From: an uncultured Mycoplasmatota bacterium
Lineage (GTDB): Bacteria > Bacillota_I > Bacilli_A > RF39 > UBA660
Direction: 5' to 3'
Length of the DNA stretch: 64,000 nt
NCBI GenBank assembly: GCA_945919295.1
Contig: CAMEJC010000001.1
Coordinates: 16,973 to 80,972, forward strand
A program made the translations under genes and the position numbers. The notes under the pieces are model-generated. The model was not told the DNA's origin and searched no databases. It worked only from the letters and a program-made list of their open reading frames with translations. Positions 55,055 to 63,228 of the stretch are shown one piece after another; positions within the stretch are counted from its first letter, which is position 1; each line of letters begins with the position of its first letter.

Positions 55055-55325
55055 AATTGTCTCTTTTTTTTAGTCAATTATACATGCTCCTATAAAATCG
55101 CAATATTCAAGATTATTTTGTGGAATATTATCCGCAATTTTCTTCGCTTGATCCATTGCGTCTTCCTCATTTTCGGCCTTTACCGATACTTGCGCACAAA
55201 AGTCATAATGCACATTTACAACATATTCCTTGACTTCTCCTTTTTTAATAGGAAATACTTTTTTTGTTTTGGTGCTGCATATTTCATAAGCCCTCCTTTT
55301 TTAGTTAATCATAATTTGTTTGTTT

Positions 55326-55380
55326 TGGTACTGCAAAGGTACAACAAATATTTCATATAGTACTAATTTTGTTTATAAAA
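55326..55380 (-). promoter_or_regulatory. class-A promoter
   Basis: Same consensus. Confidence 0.55.
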
Positions 55381-55536
55381 TTTTTTCACATAAAGCCAAA
55401 TACTATATTATCAAATAAAACAAAAAAATAAACATACTAAATATTTTTGTTTATGAAAATATAAAATCTAAAATAAGGCACTTTTTAAGCGATTTAAGGA
55501 ACTTTCATTTGTAGATATATAATTTATCAAATAAAC

Positions 55537-55568
55537 AAAAAAAACACCATATAATTGATATATGGTGG
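55537..55568 (-). terminator. rho-independent terminator (minus strand)
   Basis: CACCATATAATTGATATATGGTG hairpin plus T8 on the minus strand. Confidence 0.6.
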
Positions 55569-55598
55569 TATTATTTATAATTATATATTGTTGTTCTA

Positions 55599-55838
55599 TT
55601 AAACTATGCAAAATACTGCACGTTTTTTACCCTCTTCTAATAGAGCCTTTAAGGCTTGTTTATAGGTATAAAATTTATTATATCCGTACTCATCACCATC
55701 TTGCAATCTATCTATTGCGAGTGAGTTCGTAGTTGTGAAAAAGTAATCTTTATTCCTATAAGTTATTTTCACTCTAAAATGGCCATAACTCTCAATACCC
55801 ATAAATTTCACTTTTTCTTGTAATTTTTTTGTGTTCAT
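55599..55838 (-). CDS. hypothetical protein
   Basis: 79-aa ORF followed by terminator 55537-55568. Confidence 0.4.
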   Translation of the reverse strand: MNTKKLQEKVKFMGIESYGHFRVKITYRNKDYFFTTTNSLAIDRLQDGDEYGYNKFYTYKQALKALLEEGKKRAVFCIV

Positions 55839-55894
55839 ATTACCTCCTTTTTAAGTAAAAAACTTATTTGTTTTTTGATTTTTATGCAAAGATA

Positions 55895-56161
55895 CTACAT
55901 TTTTTTTTCAAAACCTTTCTCTCGACTTTCCATATAGCCCATAGCTATTTTCTTCGTATCAAAAGAAGTTTCATATACACCATTGTGATATATGTCATAC
56001 ACTTTGATAAATGCACCTTTTCTTGTGTAGTAATTGTGGGTAACTGCGGACATTCCGTGTACACCATAACTACAAGACCATCGGCCATTAAAGTTAGTCG
56101 CAGGAACACAACCACGCTTTGACAAATCTACTCGATGTTTTTCCATTTCTAATGCTTGCAT
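55895..56161 (-). CDS. hypothetical protein
   Basis: Start set at MQALEMEK; the longer ORF-track form is read through the promoter. Confidence 0.4.
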   Translation of the reverse strand: MQALEMEKHRVDLSKRGCVPATNFNGRWSCSYGVHGMSAVTHNYYTRKGAFIKVYDIYHNGVYETSFDTKKIAMGYMESREKGFEKKM

Positions 56162-56374
56162 AGTTTTAGTTGTTTTAGTTGTTAGCAAATATTTGTTTTT
56201 TGATTTCGAGTACAAAGGTACGACAAAATTCTAACATACTACATAATTTCGTTTATAAAAAATCTATAAACAAAACCACACATAATATCAAAAAAATTTT
56301 TTTATTTGATAATATAGCCGAAAATAAAAAATAAAAAAACACTAACTTATTGTTAGTGTTTCATTTTACGAAAA

Positions 56375-56698
56375 TTATAGTGTTTTCAATTTATCCTTTA
56401 CATACGAAATAAATTCATCACCTACAATATATGACTTTGCACCAACATGCCAATTAATTGTTGTGTCGTTACTAAATCCACTATACTCTTTCCAATCGTA
56501 TATTGTTACTGAAAAGACCTCGTCAAATTCGTAAAGTTCAACAGCAAAATGCCATTCAAATTTGACTTTGTCATCGTTATAACTATTTGTTGGTTCACCA
56601 AATAACTCAATTATTTGGTTTTTAGTTGCAGGAAATTCACCAACATAAAATGTACCTACAATCTCTACATTAGAATCTTTTTCAACTCTTTTTATCAT
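56375..56698 (-). CDS. hypothetical protein
   Basis: Start set at MIKRVEKDS after leader AAAAAAGGAGGCATTATG. Confidence 0.4.
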   Translation of the reverse strand: MIKRVEKDSNVEIVGTFYVGEFPATKNQIIELFGEPTNSYNDDKVKFEWHFAVELYEFDEVFSVTIYDWKEYSGFSNDTTINWHVGAKSYIVGDEFISYVKDKLKTL

Positions 56699-56837
56699 AA
56701 TGCCTCCTTTTTTAGTTAATACTTGTTTTTGTTTTGATACTGCAAAGGTACAAAAAGGCTTTAACATACAGCATTATTTTGTTTATAAAAAAAGGCACAC
56801 AAATTGTGTACCTTTTAATTTTATATCACCGATTTGG

Positions 56838-57284
56838 TTAAAATTCGACTTTTTGTCGTTCAATCAAGAACTCGATGAAATTCATCAACATTTGTTGTTT
56901 TGATAGAATTTTATCTACCACATCATCGAGTTCTAAAATTTCCTCGATTTCCTCTTGTTCATCGCCGCAACCTACAATAACATAGTAGTTATTGCTATCT
57001 TTTTCTGAAAAGAGGTAATAGTCTTTCAACTTTTCAATTTCAAGTGAAACCGACAGGTTGTTGTCAATTCCGACCTCCACGAGTTTGCCAACGTTTTCGC
57101 GTGAATAGTCCATGAATTTGGTCGTTTTTGGCCAAAATTCAAATTTGTGCATAAAGGCGTTAATTTCGTCAGCAGACCACGCCAAAATTTCGTCTTTCAC
57201 AAGCGGTTTTACAACCGATTTTACGAGATTTGTGAGTTCGTTGTTGTTGAACATTGCCGAAATTACAAAATTTTTCATTTCCAT
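56838..57284 (-). CDS. hypothetical protein, family E
   Basis: MEMKNFVISAMF ... VKSVVKPLVKDEILAW is paralogous to 62246-62581. Confidence 0.45.
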   Translation of the reverse strand: MEMKNFVISAMFNNNELTNLVKSVVKPLVKDEILAWSADEINAFMHKFEFWPKTTKFMDYSRENVGKLVEVGIDNNLSVSLEIEKLKDYYLFSEKDSNNYYVIVGCGDEQEEIEEILELDDVVDKILSKQQMLMNFIEFLIERQKVEF

Positions 57285-57376
57285 AAGCCCTCCTTTTTTA
57301 AGTTGTTAATAAAATTGTTTGTTTATTTTGATACTGCAAAGGTACAATAAAATTCTAATATACTACATAATTTTGT

Positions 57377-57565
57377 TTATAAAAAACCTCCAATAGAAAG
57401 TAGGTCGTCCCAATTGTTTACTATAAAATAGTAAGCATCGTTTGATATTTCGCCATTAGCATTTAATGACCTCATATCGGACAAAATATCCTCACAATCA
57501 TCGTGTTGCTCACAAGAATTGTAAAACATTTTTACTTCCTTTGAATACTTTCTCAAACCTTTCAT
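57377..57565 (-). CDS. small hypothetical protein
   Basis: Start set at MKGLRKY after leader AAAAAGGGAGGTAATTATG. Confidence 0.35.
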   Translation of the reverse strand: MKGLRKYSKEVKMFYNSCEQHDDCEDILSDMRSLNANGEISNDAYYFIVNNWDDLLSIGGFL

Positions 57566-57602
57566 AATTACCTCCCTTTTTAAATTTATTTGTTTATTTT
57601 GA

Positions 57603-57660
57603 TACTGCAAAGGTACAATAAAATTCTAATATACTACATAATTTTGTTTATAAAAAAATC
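57603..57660 (-). promoter_or_regulatory. class-A promoter
   Basis: Same consensus. Confidence 0.55.
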
Positions 57661-57725
57661 CATAAACAAAACCACACATAATATCAAAAAAATTTTTTTA
57701 TTTGATGATATAGGCTATAAAATAA

Positions 57726-57757
57726 CAAAAAAATGGTCTTGTTTCACAACAAGACCA
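57726..57757 (-). terminator. rho-independent terminator (minus strand)
   Basis: GGTCTTGTTTCACAACAAGACC hairpin plus T-run. Confidence 0.6.
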
Positions 57758-57797
57758 CCCTAACAAAAATGAAAACTAAAAAAACATGGCAATATAA

Positions 57798-58406
57798 TCA
57801 TTCATCTTCTTCAAATTCATCTTCATCCCATTCAATGTCTTCATCAATTTCATAAATTACTTCTCCGTTTTCGCAAGAAATACCTTGATGAAAACCACAC
57901 CCATACTCATACCCATCCAATTCAAAAGACAATTTTGGATTTTCTTTGGCAATAGTAGTTACCCACATAAGTGGTGCGCACCACGCAGTGTCAAACACAC
58001 CTTTAACACAAAGAACACCATCGTCCTCATCCATGGATACACAATAATCAAACACTTTTGCGTCCCATTTGACACCTAATGTTTTTAAGTTGTAGGCATA
58101 CCAACCTACTGCACCATAAGTTTCTTTTTGGTGTTCAACAGCGGTATCATACCCCTTTGAGTATTTTTCATACTCATCATCGGTGTTGAAATAGTTTCTG
58201 TTCAATTTTCTATTTGTTGTATCATAATCAACAAACGTTTGTGGCATTGGCAACCAAGAACGCATTGTGATTTTGTCTTTATTGTTTTCAATGAACTCTA
58301 AAAGGCTTTCTTGGGTTTCTCCTTTGAAACCAACTTTTTTGAAGAAATCAAATATATCTTCCTTTTTCCCTTTAATTTGGATTGTGTCTTCACAATAATT
58401 CGGCAT
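57798..58406 (-). CDS. acidic hypothetical protein
   Basis: 202 aa; leader AAAAAAGGAGGGCTTATG. Confidence 0.45.
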   Translation of the reverse strand: MPNYCEDTIQIKGKKEDIFDFFKKVGFKGETQESLLEFIENNKDKITMRSWLPMPQTFVDYDTTNRKLNRNYFNTDDEYEKYSKGYDTAVEHQKETYGAVGWYAYNLKTLGVKWDAKVFDYCVSMDEDDGVLCVKGVFDTAWCAPLMWVTTIAKENPKLSFELDGYEYGCGFHQGISCENGEVIYEIDEDIEWDEDEFEEDE

Positions 58407-58502
58407 AAGCCCTCCTTTTTTAAGTTGTTAATAAAATTGTTTGTTTGTTTTGGTACTGCAAAGGTACAACAAGTTTTTCATATATATGGAAACTTTGTTT
58501 AT

Positions 58503-58532
58503 AAAAAAAAATAAGGGAATAAAATCCCCTTA
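58503..58532 (-). terminator. rho-independent terminator (minus strand)
   Basis: AAGGGAATAAAATCCCCTT hairpin plus T9. Confidence 0.55.
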
Positions 58533-58536
58533 TCTA

Positions 58537-58884
58537 TTATTCATAATGTTTATCCAAAACATCTATTATATCTATGCCAATTCCTATTATATCATAGAAA
58601 TCACTAATCTCTAATTCATAGACCTCCGCATAAGGCTCTGGCATAAACATTATTGTTAAATAGCCGTCTTCTATTCGTAATTCGACTATCTTTCCCTCTA
58701 CTACATTGTCAAATGCAATAGATGTAGCGTATATTATTTCATCATCATCCAATTTGATGTTGATGTTATTTATTTCTTTACAAATAACATTTATTAGTTT
58801 TCGCTCTTTATTGAGCAACTTATTGTAGTCTTTATTAAGACCTTTAATCTTTTCGATATTTTTTTTCATTTCAGTCGTTTTCAT
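58537..58884 (-). CDS. hypothetical protein
   Basis: 115-aa ORF. Confidence 0.45.
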   Translation of the reverse strand: MKTTEMKKNIEKIKGLNKDYNKLLNKERKLINVICKEINNINIKLDDDEIIYATSIAFDNVVEGKIVELRIEDGYLTIMFMPEPYAEVYELEISDFYDIIGIGIDIIDVLDKHYE

Positions 58885-59059
58885 ATTGCCTCCTTTTTTA
58901 ATAGTTAATACTTGTTTTTGTTTTGGTATTGCAAAGGTACAACAAGTTTATAATATACTACATAATTTTGTTTATAAAAATTTTTCACCTAAAATTGCCA
59001 ACAATACCTATATCTTCAAATAAAACAAAAAAATTGACATATAACTGAATTATGTTTAT

Positions 59060-59094
59060 AAAAAAATTGCTACCCAAATAATATTGAGTAGCAA
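59060..59094 (-). terminator. rho-independent terminator (minus strand)
   Basis: TTGCTACCCAAATAATATTGAGTAGCAA hairpin plus T7. Confidence 0.55.
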
Positions 59095-59129
59095 TCACCA
59101 AACATGTGTACAAATAAAAAAGGAGTAGT

Positions 59130-59987
59130 TTAATTCGCTTTTAAATATTCATTACATTTCAATGTATCAAATATCTGTGTAATTGTTTTACCATTATTTA
59201 ATTCATTGATGATATATGTCATATCTATTTTTATTTCATTTTTACCATCTCTACTATAATCTTGTACATATTTCATAAAGGTATTAAAGCCTTTTTTGAT
59301 TATTGTACTATCTTTATAGATAATAGTATTACTATCAAGTGTACAATCTTTTAATGATATTTTTTTACGACCCTTTTCTTTTGCTTTTTCAAGAAGTTTA
59401 GTAACCTCTTTATATGCTCTATTTTGGTCGCCCTCTGCTCCATACATTATTCGGTCTAAATTTGAGCCACTAATTACATCATCTTTTAATAAAGACGATA
59501 GTTTAGGGTCTAATTCCAAATATCCCAAATATCGAGATATTACACTTTGATTTTTACCCAATTTCTTGGCAACTTCACTTTGGGTTAAACCACATCTATC
59601 CATCAGTTTTTTTGCCAATACGCCCCATTCATAAGCATTAAACGGTTTGCCCTCATTTCTTAACGCTTGTTGAAGTAACAACTCCTCTTCGCTTGTACTT
59701 TTAGACAATAGTAAACTTGGAATACGTGCTATCTCAACACCTTCGTTTATGAGTTTCATTACCGCTCTATATCGACGTTCTCCATCGACTAATTTATATT
59801 TCTCAAACCCATCTTCATCAACGAAAGGTATTGTTGAGATTGGATTTAAAACTCCCTGCTCTTTAATTTGAGCCGCAAGTTCATCTATATCACCAAAGTT
59901 AGTTCGACTATTAAAGTCTTTAACTACCACGATGTTACGTGGGTCTATTTTAAATATTTCTCCTTTGATTGTCTTATTGTTTTCCAT
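59130..59987 (-). CDS. ParB-like nuclease/partition-family protein
   Basis: KLVDGERRYRAV ParB box plus HTH-like LTQSEVAKKLGKNQSVISRYL. Confidence 0.6.
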   Translation of the reverse strand: MENNKTIKGEIFKIDPRNIVVVKDFNSRTNFGDIDELAAQIKEQGVLNPISTIPFVDEDGFEKYKLVDGERRYRAVMKLINEGVEIARIPSLLLSKSTSEEELLLQQALRNEGKPFNAYEWGVLAKKLMDRCGLTQSEVAKKLGKNQSVISRYLGYLELDPKLSSLLKDDVISGSNLDRIMYGAEGDQNRAYKEVTKLLEKAKEKGRKKISLKDCTLDSNTIIYKDSTIIKKGFNTFMKYVQDYSRDGKNEIKIDMTYIINELNNGKTITQIFDTLKCNEYLKAN

Positions 59988-60063
59988 ATTTTTTTATTTT
60001 AATTTTAACACTGCAAAGATAATACTTTTTTTTTACCTATTTGATATTTTTGTTTATGAAAAA

Positions 60064-61005
60064 TTATATAACATCTTTTTGCTTAAAATATTGTTGCAAT
60101 TTTTGTATAGCAGTAAGTTTTATTCTATATATCATCTGTGTTGAACAATTAAATATTGTTGCAAGTTCCTCTGCACTTAATATCTTATTACCATTTAAAC
60201 CATAAAGATGTTCTATTATATACTTTTCCTTATAGCAAGTCGGTATAACACCATTTTTTAATCCTGATTTTTTTCCCTTAAAACGATTAATCTCTTGCTC
60301 ATAGTATTGATTTATCTCTTCAAGATAAACATTTTTATCCATTGAATAATCAATACATTCATCAATCATATCCTCATTCTCGTTTATTTGATACTCTATC
60401 TTGTCCCTCATACAAACTGAATCATCAACTTCATTAAAGCCATCTAATGACACAAAGGTGCTATTACTATGTTCTATACGTTGAATTTCATAACGTTTAA
60501 CATCAGGAAACTCATCTTCTATCATTTGCTCACTCGGATAATAACCATTTTCAACGTAAAATTTGTCTATAAACCTTTTAATTTGATAATTCAACGGCTT
60601 ACCATTCAATGATATTACACTACCATCAGAATTTCTCATCGTATAAGTCAAGATACATTTTATTGCATAAGAGAGAAAATTTATCGTTTGATTTTCAGTG
60701 TCATAAGTCTCTATCGCTTTAATTAAACCAAAATTTGCTTCTGACATAAAGTCAAAAAAATAATAATTATTGCAATACTTCTTGGCTAACATAAAGCATA
60801 ATGATTGAAATGATATTATCAATTTCTCTAACGATTTGTCTGATTTATCATTCTTCTCTTGAACATCCTTAATTAAAGGAATACATTCTGTTTGAGACAA
60901 TCTGTATTTCTTATTAAGGATTTTATTCAAGTATCTACCAAAATTTTCATTGCAAGATAAATTTAAATATTTACCTTGTACCTCATTAAAGTCTAAAAAT
61001 TTCAT
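60064..61005 (-). CDS. RNA polymerase sigma factor (sigma-70 family, phage-encoded)
   Basis: Region-2-like FMSEANFGLIKAIETYD; region-4 HTH LSAEELATIFNCSTQMIYRIKLTAIQKLQ. Confidence 0.55.
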   Translation of the reverse strand: MKFLDFNEVQGKYLNLSCNENFGRYLNKILNKKYRLSQTECIPLIKDVQEKNDKSDKSLEKLIISFQSLCFMLAKKYCNNYYFFDFMSEANFGLIKAIETYDTENQTINFLSYAIKCILTYTMRNSDGSVISLNGKPLNYQIKRFIDKFYVENGYYPSEQMIEDEFPDVKRYEIQRIEHSNSTFVSLDGFNEVDDSVCMRDKIEYQINENEDMIDECIDYSMDKNVYLEEINQYYEQEINRFKGKKSGLKNGVIPTCYKEKYIIEHLYGLNGNKILSAEELATIFNCSTQMIYRIKLTAIQKLQQYFKQKDVI

Positions 61006-61009
61006 AATA

Positions 61010-61309
61010 TTATATTTTCATTGTAAAACACAATCCATTGTCATCAACACTACCAACACTATCAACAACACTATAAACTTTCTTATTAAAGGCTGACCAT
61101 TCTAACTCTAAACCATTATCATATAATATTGTACAATAGTATAGATACTTATTCTTCATTTGGACTTTTATTTTGTCCAAACTTTCTTCGTCAAATAAAT
61201 AGACAGGTTCATCACTAGTCTCATACCATCTATCATCTATGTATGATAAATAACGAGATGATTTCTCGTTTTTTATTTTGCTTTTTGATAATTGTATTGC
61301 TATCTTCAT
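61010..61309 (-). CDS. hypothetical protein
   Basis: 99-aa ORF. Confidence 0.4.
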   Translation of the reverse strand: MKIAIQLSKSKIKNEKSSRYLSYIDDRWYETSDEPVYLFDEESLDKIKVQMKNKYLYYCTILYDNGLELEWSAFNKKVYSVVDSVGSVDDNGLCFTMKI

Positions 61310-61354
61310 ATTCTTAATATTTTTAGGTACTCGTTTGAGTATAATTTTTTTATT

Positions 61355-61651
61355 TCACTCTTTTACCTTATTTACTAATATTTTTAGTATCTTTAATAAA
61401 AGACTAGTGTCTTCTACTTTATCAATACTAACATAATAACCATCAATGAATACCTCACAAGTTGAATTGTAAGTTTTAACACCACTAATAGTAGTATTAA
61501 TTACTAACGTGTTAAATATCTTCAAATCACCTTCTTCTATTTCTTGTGTAGAAAGTAATTTGGATACTCCATGTATTGTATCTCTAATCTTTCGATTAAG
61601 ATAAAATACTTCTTTTTCAATTGTATTAATTTCTTTTTCTAATTCATTCAT
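61355..61651 (-). CDS. hypothetical protein
   Basis: 98 aa; leader AAAAAAGGAGGATTTATG. Confidence 0.4.
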   Translation of the reverse strand: MNELEKEINTIEKEVFYLNRKIRDTIHGVSKLLSTQEIEEGDLKIFNTLVINTTISGVKTYNSTCEVFIDGYYVSIDKVEDTSLLLKILKILVNKVKE

Positions 61652-61756
61652 AAATCCTCCTTTTTTAGTAACTAAACTTGTTTGTTTTGGTATTGCAAAG
61701 ATACAATAAGTTTTTCACTTATAATAAATTTTTGTTTATTAAATAATATCTCAATA

Positions 61757-61849
61757 TTAAGAAAATATTAATATTGATATTGCTGTACAAACTACTGGTA
61801 TTGACACAAATATGATACCATAAACAACATTGATTACTTTTTCATTCAT
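61757..61849 (-). CDS. 30-aa hydrophobic peptide
   Basis: MNEKVINVVYGIIFVSIPVVCTAISILIFS directly after leader AAAAAAGGAGGCAATTATG; the longer ORF-track version is promoter read-through. Confidence 0.3.
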   Translation of the reverse strand: MNEKVINVVYGIIFVSIPVVCTAISILIFS

Positions 61850-62245
61850 AATTGCCTCCTTTTTTAGTGTTAATAAATTTGTTTTGTTTTGATGCTGCAA
61901 AGGTACAATAACATTTTTATATACAGCATTATTTTGTTTATAAAAACATAAAACACAAAATAAGGCACTTTTAATGCGTTTTAAGGCACTTTGTTTTTTT
62001 ATGTATGTTTTATTGATTACATAAAAACAATGCAATACAAGTGAAATATGATAGTAATTTTAACGATATTAAAAAACAACATAATAAACATGGGTTTGTT
62101 TAAGTAAAAAATATCCACACAATTTTTTAGTGTTAAATACCTATATCTCCAAATAAAACAAAAAAATCAATATACAACTGATTTATGTTTATAAAAAAAA
62201 AGGCACACAAATTGTGTACCTTTTAATTTTAGATTAACGATTTGA

Positions 62246-62581
62246 TTAAAAATCGGATTTTTTTCTTTCAATCAAGATTTCAATGAATTTTACCAACATT
62301 TGTTGGTCATTTACTATCTTATCGGCCACTTTGTCAGTTTTAAGCGACCACACGTCGCGACCATAATCAATGAATTGAGACATTTCGTCCCAATAGTCCG
62401 CCATGAGGTCTTTTACCTCGTCTGGCGTCCACTCTGCCAATTCTTCTTTTATCATCGGTTTTACAACCGATTTCACAACATTAATGAGTTTGTTGCTGCC
62501 GAACATTTCAGCAATCATTTTCTCAATCTCTTTTTCGCTTTGAGCGAACATTGCAGCCATTACAAAATTTTTCATTTCCAT
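62246..62581 (-). CDS. hypothetical protein, family E
   Basis: Start set at MEMKNFVMAAMF by paralogy; the upstream MQYQNKKQMFNLLKKGVL is derived from promoter and leader. Confidence 0.45.
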   Translation of the reverse strand: MEMKNFVMAAMFAQSEKEIEKMIAEMFGSNKLINVVKSVVKPMIKEELAEWTPDEVKDLMADYWDEMSQFIDYGRDVWSLKTDKVADKIVNDQQMLVKFIEILIERKKSDF

Positions 62582-62624
62582 AAGTACTCCTTTTTTTAAT
62601 AGGTTAAACATTTGTTTTTTGTTT

Positions 62625-62680
62625 TGGTACTGCAAAGGTACAACAAGTTTTTCATATATATGGAAACTTTGTTTATAAAA
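62625..62680 (-). promoter_or_regulatory. class-A promoter
   Basis: Same consensus. Confidence 0.55.
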
Positions 62681-62711
62681 AAATCAACACACTATATAAT
62701 ATACCCCATCA

Positions 62712-62830
62712 AGTACCCCATCAAGTACCCCATCAAGACCCTCCCTATGTATCACCTCCCAATACCCTCCCTATGTATCCCCTACATATACCCTCCCCAT
62801 GTAACCCCCCCTATGTTTACCCTCCCACTT
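62712..62830. repeat. C-rich tandem/degenerate repeats (TACCCCATCAAG x3, then CCCTCCCTATGTATC-like units)
   Basis: Direct reading of the sequence; the complementary strand carries many GGGG/GGG tracts. Confidence 0.8.
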
Positions 62831-62983
62831 AGCCTGTTGTATATATGGGGGGCTACTCTTTCCATTAATTTTTTCAGAAAAAATCAGATGAATAAATAAG
62901 GGGGTACCCCCTAAAATCAAAAATAGGAAAGTTAAAAAAATTTTCCCAGAAAATTTTTGTGAAAAATCAAAAATGATATTAAG

Positions 62984-63016
62984 AAAAAAAAATAAGGTAG
63001 ATATAAATATCTACCA
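62984..63016 (-). terminator. rho-independent terminator downstream of thyX
   Basis: GGTAGATATAAATATCTACC hairpin plus T9 on the minus strand. Confidence 0.55.
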
Positions 63017-63228
63017 AATAATAAGATTATAATTTTAATGTTGTTATATATTTTTTTAGTGAAATAATTTTAATATAGATCCACCTATTAAATATTAAAA
63101 ATTTGTGATTAAAATATAGTTTATTAACAAAAAAATAAATAACGTTATAAAAACTAAAAATTATGAAAAATAAAGTGACGATAAAATAGTGCAATATTTT
63201 TTTGATTATTATCATAATAAATAGAATT

